Below, in pieces: positions 36,886-46,124 of a DNA stretch of 64,000 bases (positions are counted from its first letter, which is position 1; each line of letters starts with the position of its first letter). The translations under genes and the position numbers were made by a program. Source of the stretch: a virus (Duplodnaviria; Heunggongvirae; Uroviricota; Caudoviricetes). The notes beneath the pieces were generated by a model. It had not been told where the DNA came from. It worked only from the letters and a program-made list of their open reading frames with translations, and made no database searches. The stretch covers positions 16,088-80,087 of the IMG/VR virus record IMGVR_UViG_3300021255_002910. One strand, 5' to 3'.

Positions 36886-37398
36886 TTAATACTCCACCTC
36901 AAACTGGTCCTTGGCCAGCTTCTTCTTGTTAAAGCCCTTGGGGATGCTGTCGGAGCAGATGAGCAGATAGCGGTCGGTGTCTTTGTCGTGCGCCGGCTGA
37001 CAGTAGTACGACACGCCGTTCTTATCATCCATTGCGTGAATACCAAACTCGTGCAGCGGTTCCTCGCCAATCTCGTGCTCACGGGCATACTCGTCGAAGG
37101 CGGCGGCCAGGGCAGCACCCTCCTTGTAGCGTGCGGCAGGCACCCATACGTCCTTCTCGCCCTTCTTCTTCCGCAGTACGTGCGGGTTGATCTTCGGCTC
37201 GTCCTCCTTGCTGATGACGAAATCCGTCGTCAGTAGCGAGATGATGCCCCAGTGGAACAGGTGGTAGATAGTGGTCGGCCTGACACCAGCCGCCTGTTCC
37301 ACCAAGTCTTGCGCCCCGTTCATTGCACTGGCCATGCGGTCGTACATGTCCTTAATCGTCTGCTCCAGTGCGGAGCCCTTCTTTGCGATAATCTTCAT
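36886..37398 (-). CDS. hypothetical protein (170 aa)
   Basis: Complete ORF. Confidence 0.5.
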   Translation of the reverse strand: MKIIAKKGSALEQTIKDMYDRMASAMNGAQDLVEQAAGVRPTTIYHLFHWGIISLLTTDFVISKEDEPKINPHVLRKKKGEKDVWVPAARYKEGAALAAAFDEYAREHEIGEEPLHEFGIHAMDDKNGVSYYCQPAHDKDTDRYLLICSDSIPKGFNKKKLAKDQFEVEY

Positions 37399-37418
37399 AA
37401 TTCGTTCAATTTGTAGTC

Positions 37419-38060
37419 TTATTCATCATCGTCGTCATCGTTCATCCTGCGTCGCAGCATGTCGAAGAAAGTCTTGGCGGCTGTCTCTGCCCGCTCCTTA
37501 TCCTCGCTGTGGCGCTCGGCCTGGATGCGGGCTATCTGACGGCGGCGGTCGAGGATGTCGCGGACGATAAGCATGGTGAGAAAAGCCATCAGAAGCACGC
37601 TGGCGATGGTCGTTGGTAAGTGAAAGGCAGGGCTAAGCGCGGTGAGCACTGTGAGTAGGATGCTGTAGCCTATCGGCAGGGCCAGAAAGGCATAGTCGCG
37701 GTTCAGGCGGCGACGGTTGCGGCGCAGAAGTTCGCCGGTGACTCCCTCGTCGCCTCCGGCCATGATGCGTGCCTTGCGAAAAAGGTCTTGGCCCCACTTG
37801 TTGTCGTGCATCATGTCGGCGATGTCGGCGGCAATGCGCATACGGCTGCCCATCGTGCAGCGCAGGTGGGAGGTCTTCTCCGCGCCGGTGGCATCGAGGG
37901 CAATGAGCAGCATGGCGATGTCGCCGTCTGCGGGCTCTGCATATTCCTTGGCCATATAGCTGGCAAAGGCTTGCGCCTGCCGGATAAACTCGGAGTCGCA
38001 GCGGTCGATGTCCTGGGTGCCGGGCTGCGAGGGCTGGTGTTTAGGGCTCTCTTGTCTCAT
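37419..38060 (-). CDS. hypothetical membrane protein (213 aa) with acidic tail DDDDDE
   Basis: TM segments LALPIGYSILLTVLTAL and IASVLLMAFLTMLIV. Confidence 0.5.
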   Translation of the reverse strand: MRQESPKHQPSQPGTQDIDRCDSEFIRQAQAFASYMAKEYAEPADGDIAMLLIALDATGAEKTSHLRCTMGSRMRIAADIADMMHDNKWGQDLFRKARIMAGGDEGVTGELLRRNRRRLNRDYAFLALPIGYSILLTVLTALSPAFHLPTTIASVLLMAFLTMLIVRDILDRRRQIARIQAERHSEDKERAETAAKTFFDMLRRRMNDDDDDE

Positions 38061-38062
38061 AT

Positions 38063-38660
38063 CGTTGTTCTATTGTTCTGTTTTCTCTTTCTTTACTTTC
38101 CCCACGGTGAACGTGCGCCACGTGCCGCCGTCGAATGGCAGGCGCTGTGGCTGGCCGACGCTGATGGTGACGGTACCGCCGCAGAAGCGGGCACAGTCCT
38201 CGCAGATGTTCATCAGGCACTGCACGAGCACCTGTGGGGCGGTGGTGAAGCGCGATGGGTGTCTGACGTTCCAGAGGGTCATCTGTGGGGAGATGTAGAT
38301 GGCCTGATTGTCGATGATGAGCCAGCGCATCCGTCGTGGGGCGACGTAGCCCTCTTCCAGCAGGGCTTCCTCTTTGGCCTGCTGCGCTTGACTATAGAAG
38401 GCTACGAATATCGCTCCGTGTCCGTAACGCTCCCGGTATTGCTTCCGTGTCAGTCGGGCATTAAGCCGTAGCCAGAACTCGGTGAACTTGGGACTCTCGT
38501 AGTAGCCCTTGTCGCTCCAGTGGGCTATCTCGTCGCTGAAGCGGATGCTGATTTCATCGCGCTGACCACTTCGAGCGTCTTGCTCTCGGCCCGCTGCTTC
38601 AGCAGCTTCTTCATTTGGCGGAAGTTGAGCCCCGCCAGGCTTGTCTTTTCTCTTTTTGCC
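38063..38660 (-). CDS. hypothetical protein, apparently frameshifted (ATG at 38660 in one frame; bulk in another frame up to the MRWLIIDNQ... ORF 38070..38330)
   Basis: Two overlapping open frames with protein-like translation (...SDKGYYESPKFTEFWLRLNARLTRKQYRERYGHGAIFVAFYSQAQQAKEE...). No in-frame start for the long frame. Confidence 0.35.
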
Positions 38661-38756
38661 ATAGTTTTGTTTTATTAGGCTGCGCCGTGAGACTCGCGTA
38701 ATACGCTCGTCTACTGAACGGCGGCAGCAAATTCTTCACTCTTCATTCTTCATTCT

Positions 38757-38930
38757 TCATTTAGAAGGTATTATCGTCACTTCCCGCCCGTCGGTGCGGT
38801 AGAGGTCTGTGAGGCAATCGGCCAGACGTTTCATCTGGCGGTCGCTGTCGAGGGTGATGGTGGTCTGCAGGTCGCCCTCTGTCACGTAGAGGATGACGTG
38901 GTTCTGTTCGTAATGCTTTGTTACTTTCAT
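38757..38930 (-). CDS. small hypothetical protein (57 aa), not in the ORF track
   Basis: MKVTKHYEQNHVILYVTEGDLQTTITLDSDRQMKRLADCLTDLYRTDGREVTIIPSK. Confidence 0.35.
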   Translation of the reverse strand: MKVTKHYEQNHVILYVTEGDLQTTITLDSDRQMKRLADCLTDLYRTDGREVTIIPSK

Positions 38931-38940
38931 ATTGTTGTCT

Positions 38941-39252
38941 TTACAATTTACTGTTTTCTTTCTCGTCGGCTTTCATTTCGGGCTTCTCGAAGAGCCAGGA
39001 CTTTATCTGGAAGTCGCCCCAGGATTTGCCCGCTAACGGCATGACGACGAAGAGTACGATGGCAATGGTATTGACAACTGGTATGAAAGCCATTGCTATA
39101 AAACCGATATAGACTATCCTCGGCAGGATAATCCGTTTCGGCTCGCGCTTCTCCCAACTGTCGGGCACGTCATACAGGCAGTAGGCGAGCAGGTAGGTCG
39201 CATAGAGCGACGCTACCACACTCAGAATATATATGATAGTTGATGTTCCCAT
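38941..39252 (-). CDS. small membrane protein (103 aa, 3 TM)
   Basis: Hydrophobic helices. Confidence 0.5.
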   Translation of the reverse strand: MGTSTIIYILSVVASLYATYLLAYCLYDVPDSWEKREPKRIILPRIVYIGFIAMAFIPVVNTIAIVLFVVMPLAGKSWGDFQIKSWLFEKPEMKADEKENSKL

Positions 39253-39256
39253 AGCC

Positions 39257-40108
39257 TTACTTACCTATCACTTTACTTACGTCGAGCATCATACCGTTGC
39301 CGCCTACAATCTGCGGCATCTTACCATCCCACTTCTCAATCATGTCCTCCTGGATAATCATCGGGCTCAAAGAGGCGGCGATGGTTTTGTTATAGTACGC
39401 CTCGGCATCGGCCTTGATGCGCATAGCACGGGCGGCACCCTCGGCCTTGGCCACGTCGATCTTCGCGTTGGCTTCGGCTTCCTTTACCTGGTTCTCTGCC
39501 TTCAGGGCAGATTGAATTGCCGCGTTCTTAGCGTCTATCATACTCGTCAGTGAGGCTGGTGGTGTAATCTTCGACGTGAACTCCTCGACGAGGAAACCCT
39601 CTGCCATCATCGACTTCTCCAGCCGCGAGCGCACGTCGCGCTCGAAGTTGGCACGGTTCGACATCAGCGAGTCCGAGGTGTACTGGTTGGCGCAGGTGCG
39701 GTAAGCCTCGTAGATACAGGTGCGGATGTAGCCGTCCTCCAGCGACTTCACATCGATGCGGTACTTCACGAAGATGTCGCACGCCTTGGCCGGGTTGATG
39801 TGGTAGGCGATGGTGGGGTCCATCTCGAAGATGGAGGCATCCTTGGCGTTCACCTTAATAGTCTCGTACTGCTTGCGCTGCGTAAAAGTGGGATAGGTGA
39901 ACACGTCGGTGGTGATGGGGTTGTAGAACACCCAGCCCTTGCACGTTCCTTCCACGCCGCCGTAGTCTTGCTCCGAGGCTGACCACTTGTGGAACTTGAC
40001 ACCCACCTCGCCGCTATCGACCACCGTGCAGCAAGCGAAGAAAATGATTAACATGAGCAGCACCGAGGCTGCCACGGCACTGAGCCGCTTGATTGTTTTC
40101 TGATTCAT
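39257..40108 (-). CDS. SPFH/Band-7 (HflC/K-like) domain membrane protein
   Basis: N-terminal TM followed by VVDSGEVGVKF...; A/E-rich coiled-coil C-terminus. Confidence 0.65.
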   Translation of the reverse strand: MNQKTIKRLSAVAASVLLMLIIFFACCTVVDSGEVGVKFHKWSASEQDYGGVEGTCKGWVFYNPITTDVFTYPTFTQRKQYETIKVNAKDASIFEMDPTIAYHINPAKACDIFVKYRIDVKSLEDGYIRTCIYEAYRTCANQYTSDSLMSNRANFERDVRSRLEKSMMAEGFLVEEFTSKITPPASLTSMIDAKNAAIQSALKAENQVKEAEANAKIDVAKAEGAARAMRIKADAEAYYNKTIAASLSPMIIQEDMIEKWDGKMPQIVGGNGMMLDVSKVIGK

Positions 40109-40134
40109 AATCGTTTTTGTTTTAAATGTTAGAC

Positions 40135-40497
40135 TTAATCTCCCAATGTTTTCAGTTGTTGGATGATGCTATCAGCTTTCTCGACGACATTCTCTATGCT
40201 GCAGTCATCACGTTGCAGCAGTTTCTCCACAATTTCCACACGCTTGTCGCGCCAAAAAGTGTTCTGCTGACGCTCTAATACCTGTGCAAGCAAACGTTCC
40301 ATATCCGGCAGGTCGTGCTTAGGCGACGACAGTATGCCCGGCATCAGTCCTTCCGGCAGATCTTCGATAATCTCTATTTCGTCACGTTTGTACTCGACAC
40401 CATTGTGCGCGTCAAAATACATATCCTTGTTGTCTAATCGCTCCACGGCGATAATCTCTTCGCCTGTTCCCAGGACTTTTGCCTTTACAGCTTTCAT
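40135..40497 (-). CDS. hypothetical protein (120 aa)
   Basis: Complete ORF. Confidence 0.5.
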   Translation of the reverse strand: MKAVKAKVLGTGEEIIAVERLDNKDMYFDAHNGVEYKRDEIEIIEDLPEGLMPGILSSPKHDLPDMERLLAQVLERQQNTFWRDKRVEIVEKLLQRDDCSIENVVEKADSIIQQLKTLGD

Positions 40498-41293
40498 AGT
40501 CGTTTTTTTTTAATTGGTGAATAAAATTATTTTCTGTTGTCAGGTTCTACCTTATAGATTTCTTTGGTCTCTACACCGCTGAACGGTCTTGTCTCTCTCC
40601 GAAAGCCCCTGCAGATGAGTGGCCGCAGGGCGGGGTCTTTGTCTCCTGTCAAAGTATCGCCGAATCGCCGTTTGCACGGTGTAAGTACGAAAAATGTGGA
40701 AACATAACAGCATTAGCAGCTATTGTCAGAACGTCGTGCCCTTTGGATTTCCCTTGAGGTCTTTACCCGAATCAAGCTCCGAGATTTAGTGTCTGATGCC
40801 CTCGCAAGTGGGGTTTGCACCCACGAGGCCGCCTTTACGGCCTCTTTTTGATTCGTTGTTCAACAATGTTGTTAATTCACTCATACGGACTCGCTTTGCA
40901 GTTCGACCGCGCTGTTTCTCAGCCGCTGCTGATAGCGGTACGGGAGGGTAACGCTCCCTCGCTCATCCTTGGCATTTCGGCACACGCCCTGCTATGCGCG
41001 GACGGACTTTCTCTGTGTGTGCCTTATACTGCTTGCCTGTTGCTCTGTTTACAGGCTTTCCGTACCGTTGTTTAAAATCGGGGCGGGCGCTGGCAAGGAA
41101 TGGAAAAGACACCTTGGCCTCACGCTGGCCACGCCTCGCCCCGGCACGTGATTAGGTTATTTCTGCTGTCCGTTGCAGGTCATCATCGCCCGCCGCAGGG
41201 CTTCGAGGGTCTTATGTTCTTTCTGTTCCATATTCGTTTCGTTTTGATGTTTGATGTCTGATGTTCATTCCGTGATGCCGATATGCGGCCTGG

Positions 41294-41365
41294 AGGCTTT
41301 TACCTCGTGAAAGGTGGTGGCTTTTACCTCGTAAAAGGTAATGGCTTTTACCTCGTGAAAGGTTT
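41294..41365. repeat. three tandem 24-nt repeats GGCTTTTACCTCGTGAAAGGTGGT, each with internal dyad symmetry
   Basis: Read directly; they lie in a 950-nt ORF-free region. Confidence 0.6.
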
Positions 41366-41447
41366 TTCGGGCGTTTCGGGGCCGTTACACGTCTGCCTCA
41401 CTTCAGTATCAGCCGCAGGGCAAACAGGGCGTCGCCATTGGTCATTC

Positions 41448-41705
41448 CTACCCCCCCACTACGGCCTCGTAGGTGCGCTCCAGCTGCCGTGGGTTGATGT
41501 CGCGGATGCGGTTCAGCTCGGGGACGGTCAGCCGGTGGCCCGCCATCGTGGCTATGCGGAATAGCATGGCCGTGCGGCTTAACCCGTTGCCGAGGAAACC
41601 TCGGCGAGCCTGCTCACGCTCGGCAGAGCCGGTGCGAGCACCGCTCTGCTCTCGCTTACTCGCAGCCTTGTCCATGAATGGTGATTTTGTCTTTGTCTGT
41701 GCCAT
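41448..41705 (-). CDS. hypothetical protein (85 aa)
   Basis: Complete ORF flanked by noncoding regions on both sides. Confidence 0.45.
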   Translation of the reverse strand: MAQTKTKSPFMDKAASKREQSGARTGSAEREQARRGFLGNGLSRTAMLFRIATMAGHRLTVPELNRIRDINPRQLERTYEAVVGG

Positions 41706-42091
41706 AATTGATGTATGATGTATGATATTTGATATTGTCCGTTAAAGGGGGCTTTCGGCATCACTGCTGTACTCGCCCCATGATGCATTGTTACTGATCG
41801 CACTTCATAGCTCGTTGTCACAAGCAGAGGAATAGGCTTCCTCTCAGGTGAGTGCTGTCCTTACCTCTTGGTGCAGAACTTTGCCGTCAGCTGGCCTTGC
41901 GGCTGGCTTTGGCGTTAATCACTTGCATAATCTTGTTACGCTTCATACACTCTCGGTTTGTGTGGACTCTCACCACGGACCGTCCTTTACGGTCCTGTTG
42001 CTGTTAAACTTGTTATGATGTTACGATGCCTGCCGCTGCAGGACTTTTTATCTTTCTCTTGCCGTAGTCGCTTTTTCCCTCATGTTGCTTC

Positions 42092-42421
42092 TTATTCCGG
42101 CTCCAGTCCGTTCATCACCCTGCATTCGTGCAGCCTTCGCTCCATCTGCCGTCTGTATTCGGCCTGCTGCTCCTTGGTGCGCTGTCGGTCGCGCTCGGCT
42201 TGTTTTTCGCGCCGCTGCTGTTCGTGGCGCTCTTGCTGCAGACGGTCGAGGGTCTCGGCTACGTCGCGGTGCCGTTTCTCCTCGTTGGCCATGCGCTGCT
42301 GGTATTTGCGGATCAGTTCCTGGTTGTGTCTTACCTGAGCTTTCATGCGGTTTATCTTCTCTATGAGCTGCATGTTGGCATCTTCCAGCGCACGGATGCG
42401 GTCGGACAGTGGCGGTTTCAT
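42092..42421 (-). CDS. coiled-coil protein
   Basis: ATG at 42421 overlaps the upstream stop (ATGA). Confidence 0.45.
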   Translation of the reverse strand: MKPPLSDRIRALEDANMQLIEKINRMKAQVRHNQELIRKYQQRMANEEKRHRDVAETLDRLQQERHEQQRREKQAERDRQRTKEQQAEYRRQMERRLHECRVMNGLEPE

Positions 42422-42753
42422 TCCGTTGCCTCCTTTCTCGCCGTCGGCGGCACGGTCTGCGGGTTCAGCCGTATCAGCTCTTTCTTCAGTGCGTAGAAGA
42501 TGCCGCCTATGCTTCGGCACTCCTCGCGCAGTGTCTCTCGGCGGCGGTTGATGTTGCCCAGCTCGATGTTCAGTTCTGCCAACTGCCGCCCTATCTCATG
42601 TCGGCGGCGGTTTAGTGTCTCGCTCTCTTCCTTCACCGGCTGCAGAATATCGGCCTGCGCCCGGCGCAGCTGGTTCATACGGCGGTCAAACTCCTGCTGT
42701 GTCTGTACCTGTTGGGGGGGGTATTTCTCCCTCATTTCTTCAAATGTAATCAT
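42418..42753 (-). CDS. coiled-coil protein (111 aa); a G8 tract lies in codons 10-13
   Basis: Complete ORF. C8 run on the plus strand at 42714-42721. Confidence 0.45.
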   Translation of the reverse strand: MITFEEMREKYPPQQVQTQQEFDRRMNQLRRAQADILQPVKEESETLNRRRHEIGRQLAELNIELGNINRRRETLREECRSIGGIFYALKKELIRLNPQTVPPTARKEATE

Positions 42754-42802
42754 ACTTCTTCTTGTCCTTTAGTGGGTTCGTGAAATTAGTGTTCGTAAAA
42801 AA

Positions 42803-43486
42803 TCACATTTCCCCCATGTCTGGAATCTCCATCCGATACACCCTGACGGTGCGGTCGGGGTCGCAGCGCTTGTTCCAGTCGATGCGGTAGTCGCCACGCC
42901 ACTCGTAGGCGCGGACGGTGACGGTGCGGCTCTTGGGATTCCTCCAGCTGTAGTCCTCGTTGCGGGGAATGACGATGCCGCGCTGCCGGGCATCCTTATA
43001 CACACGGTCGGCCAGCTTGCGGCTGTCGGCACGGAGGGTGACGGCATACTGCGCGTCGGGGTCGAAGCGGGCGAGCACCTGCCGGAAGTACATCCAGGGC
43101 GTGAGGTCGGTGATGACCTGTCGCGGCTTCGCCTCTGGGTCGGTGCGGTCGATGGCGTAGCCCTGGTCGTCGGCCTTGAACTTCGTTCGAGCCTGCTCAC
43201 GCTCGGCATGACTGATGCAAGCATCGTCCTGCTCTCGCTTAATCGCAGCCTTCCAAAAGCCTTCGCCGCGCAGGTTGGGATCGTCGCCACGGAAGCCTTC
43301 GGGGCGCCACCAGTAGCCGAGGTCGCGGCGCATGATGAAGAAGATGCTCCTCCGCTCCTGCTCGGTGCATTGGGGCCAAACGCGGTTCACCATGTCCTCG
43401 TAGGCGCTCCAGCGGAGGTGGGAGCCGGACATGGCTCCTTGGAGAAACCAAAGTACTTCGTGCCAGTCTAATGTGAGGGTAATCAT
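42803..43486 (-). CDS. hypothetical protein
   Basis: Start chosen at MITLTLDWHEVLW. Confidence 0.5.
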   Translation of the reverse strand: MITLTLDWHEVLWFLQGAMSGSHLRWSAYEDMVNRVWPQCTEQERRSIFFIMRRDLGYWWRPEGFRGDDPNLRGEGFWKAAIKREQDDACISHAEREQARTKFKADDQGYAIDRTDPEAKPRQVITDLTPWMYFRQVLARFDPDAQYAVTLRADSRKLADRVYKDARQRGIVIPRNEDYSWRNPKSRTVTVRAYEWRGDYRIDWNKRCDPDRTVRVYRMEIPDMGEM

Positions 43487-43542
43487 TGTTGCTGTTCCTT
43501 TCTTTTTATATTTGGGCTGCAACAGTGTTGCAGCATACTGAA

Positions 43543-44442
43543 CTATTGTTCCTTGCCGTCTATGTTCACGATAGGGGCCAGGCGGTGGTAGCCGTGCTTG
43601 GCGTAGGGGTTGATGTAGATGAGCTTGCGGGTCCACTCGCCCTGCTCGTCCTTGCAGGGCTGCAGGCGGAAGTGTCCTGACACGAGGAAGCCCTCATCGC
43701 GGCAGATGGTAGTAAACCAGCGGGAGTCGAGCACCTGCACGTCGATACCCATGAAGTTGTTGACCTTCTCGCCTATCAGCTGGCTCTTGCGGGTAGTGCG
43801 ACGGGCGGGCAGCATTTCGAGGTCGATGTTGCCGTACTTCTTGAAGAAGAGGATGAACGACTGCTGGTAGAGTATCAGGTCGGGGGTCCAGATGTCCTCG
43901 TAGCCGCCGAAGTTGGCCACGGTCATCGTGTCCATGTCCTTATATTTGCTGATCGTCGCGCCGGGTGCATCATCGTTGATGGAGAAGTCGGAGATATGGC
44001 ACAGGCGGTCGTGGCGGAACTCCATGTAGCGGAAGTTATCGTCGGTGAGGTGCATGAACACCAGGGTGCGCTCGCCGATGATGAACACCGCGTCCTCATA
44101 GACTGAGCGCAGGGCACCGTCCTCGTCCATCACGGGGCGCAGCTTGTCGTAGCTCTTCCGCATGGCGTTGAAGAACGTGGGTGACACGAGGTAGATGCGA
44201 AACCTGCCGTCGGCATACTTGCCCATGCCGATGTCGGTATTGATACGGGCTGAGAGCAGGTTGATGCTGACCCATTTCTGCTTATCGTCCATCTGCTGCA
44301 CCTCGTCGCCCTTGTAGATGCGGAAGTCTGGATTGGCGGGATGGAAGTTGTTCCAAATGTTCGGCAGACACTTGGGGAATGTCTTGCAGACATCCTCGTC
44401 GAAGATTTGCAGCACGGGGTGTTTATAGTAGCTGAGATACAT
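43543..44442 (-). CDS. hypothetical protein (299 aa)
   Basis: Complete ORF. Confidence 0.55.
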   Translation of the reverse strand: MYLSYYKHPVLQIFDEDVCKTFPKCLPNIWNNFHPANPDFRIYKGDEVQQMDDKQKWVSINLLSARINTDIGMGKYADGRFRIYLVSPTFFNAMRKSYDKLRPVMDEDGALRSVYEDAVFIIGERTLVFMHLTDDNFRYMEFRHDRLCHISDFSINDDAPGATISKYKDMDTMTVANFGGYEDIWTPDLILYQQSFILFFKKYGNIDLEMLPARRTTRKSQLIGEKVNNFMGIDVQVLDSRWFTTICRDEGFLVSGHFRLQPCKDEQGEWTRKLIYINPYAKHGYHRLAPIVNIDGKEQ

Positions 44443-44470
44443 ATCGTTTGCCTCCTATACCTTTTATTTG

Positions 44471-45706
44471 TTATATGATATATGCCACCCAAGCAAGCAG
44501 CCGGAGCACGTCGCGGTCGCGGGCGAGCCAGTAGGTGGTGCCGTTGTTCGAGTCCTTGACGAGTGCCACGGTGTGCTCGCGCATCGAGCCGTCGCTGTAG
44601 GCCGAGCAGAGGGAGGGCAGCGTGTATTCGTAGTAGTCGCGGATGCTGCCGAAGCCGCCGTGGGCCACGTCGCTGCCCACGGCCTGCCGGAGCTGTCGCA
44701 GGATGGCGTTGGTCTGTGCGGGATAGGTGCTGCGTCGGTCGGTCATGTAGCCGTGGGCGAAGTCCACGGGGCTCTCCACCTCCAGCGCATAGCGGTAGGG
44801 CGAGGGCGCGACGGCGGGCAGGGCGTAGATGGTGCGGCAACCGTCGGGCAGCTCGTTGGCAAACACCTCCACGGGCTTGCGCTCCTGCTGGCGGGGCTTG
44901 ACGAAGAACAGGCCGTTGGCGTTGTCTGCCGTCCACTCATAGCCGCTGCGGGTCAGTGCGCCGAGGAAGCGGGCCACCTCGCTGCCCTTGGCTGGGCGCA
45001 ACTGGCCGTTGCCGAGCCAGAAAGAGGTGGTCTCAGCCATATCGCCGATAGCCTGATTCGTATAGCGTGGGTTGCCGAGCGTGTACCGATAGGTCAGGCG
45101 GTCGTGGTCCAACAGTCGGCTCACGAGGAACAGCTCCCCGCTGCCCTTGTGATACAACACCTGACCAGGCTTGTAGAGCGGGAGCCTCCCGCTGAAGCCT
45201 TGCGTGGCGGTGACAGGATCTGAAGATACAGGCCCCACCCCTGCACCTCCCCTTCTTGCGTCCCTATCGGTAGCAAGCGTCCCAGAGGGCCGAGCGGATG
45301 GGATGGGAGCGGCTGCGCCAGCATTGGAGGCAACCGTCGGTGCTGCGGGTTGCGCGGCTGGCTGCACGGGCTGCATCGGCTGCGTGATGGTGATCTGTAC
45401 GGTGCGGTCTGAGCCCTGCGAGATACGGCTGCCTGCCAGGATGCCCTCGTTTAGCGCACCGATGGTGTCGAGCAGCGTCTGCTTGGCCTCGGAGCGCCCG
45501 ATGGTGTCGCGCACCACGCGGGAGAGCTGCGGCGTCACCTGCCCAGGTTCCAGTCGGTCGAGCTTCATCTGGTAGAACTGGTCGCGCGTCAGGGACGTGC
45601 AGTGCCACTTCGCGGCCAACTGCGACATGCCCTTGGTGGAACGTGTGCGCTGGTAGAGCGTCACCATTTCTACGAGATAGCTGTGGAAAGCGTTATAGTC
45701 AATCAT
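44471..45706 (-). CDS. hypothetical protein (411 aa) with a Pro/Ala-rich linker
   Basis: Complete ORF. Confidence 0.55.
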   Translation of the reverse strand: MIDYNAFHSYLVEMVTLYQRTRSTKGMSQLAAKWHCTSLTRDQFYQMKLDRLEPGQVTPQLSRVVRDTIGRSEAKQTLLDTIGALNEGILAGSRISQGSDRTVQITITQPMQPVQPAAQPAAPTVASNAGAAAPIPSARPSGTLATDRDARRGGAGVGPVSSDPVTATQGFSGRLPLYKPGQVLYHKGSGELFLVSRLLDHDRLTYRYTLGNPRYTNQAIGDMAETTSFWLGNGQLRPAKGSEVARFLGALTRSGYEWTADNANGLFFVKPRQQERKPVEVFANELPDGCRTIYALPAVAPSPYRYALEVESPVDFAHGYMTDRRSTYPAQTNAILRQLRQAVGSDVAHGGFGSIRDYYEYTLPSLCSAYSDGSMREHTVALVKDSNNGTTYWLARDRDVLRLLAWVAYII

Positions 45707-45718
45707 CGCCGGTCCCCC

Positions 45719-46045
45719 TTATGCCTGATGGTTCTGCTGCTGGTCGGCATCCTGTCCGCAGTGGTGCTGCTGGTCGTCGTCATGTTCGTCATCGTGTTCC
45801 GGCTGGCTCTCGGCATCCTCAGAGGCGTAGAACTCGTCTTCGTCCTCGTCCTTGTCGAGTTCGGGAAGCACGGAGAACTTCACTTCGTGCATCTGCGGGT
45901 GCTTCTTCATAAACTCGGTGGCCATCACGCCTGCGTCCTTCGTAATCTCGGAGAACAGCTCGGGGTTGATCCATACCATTTCTTCCTTTGAGGTGATGTT
46001 CGAGACCTCAATCTTCTTGTTTCTGCTGCGAATAATGATTTTCAT
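45719..46045 (-). CDS. acidic hypothetical protein (108 aa)
   Basis: Complete ORF with an Asp/Glu/His-rich tail. Confidence 0.5.
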   Translation of the reverse strand: MKIIIRSRNKKIEVSNITSKEEMVWINPELFSEITKDAGVMATEFMKKHPQMHEVKFSVLPELDKDEDEDEFYASEDAESQPEHDDEHDDDQQHHCGQDADQQQNHQA

Positions 46046-46124
46046 TGTCTGTCGTAAGTTTTAATTCGTTATGATTTTGCTATTCCTTATTATTTATATT
46101 GCGGGGCGGTCGAGATACGACCGC

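Noticed and set aside
41294-41365. Possible CRISPR array (tandem repeats)
   Set aside because: Only three contiguous 24-nt repeats with no spacers. The 27-nt repeats at 48040-48130 are coding. No cas genes are present.
6984-42721. Strong claim of phase-variable loci from G/C homopolymers
   Set aside because: At 58% GC about seven to eight runs of seven or more of each base are expected by chance in 64 kb, and fewer are observed. Coincidence with frameshifts is equally consistent with sequencing error, so this is kept only as a flagged possibility.
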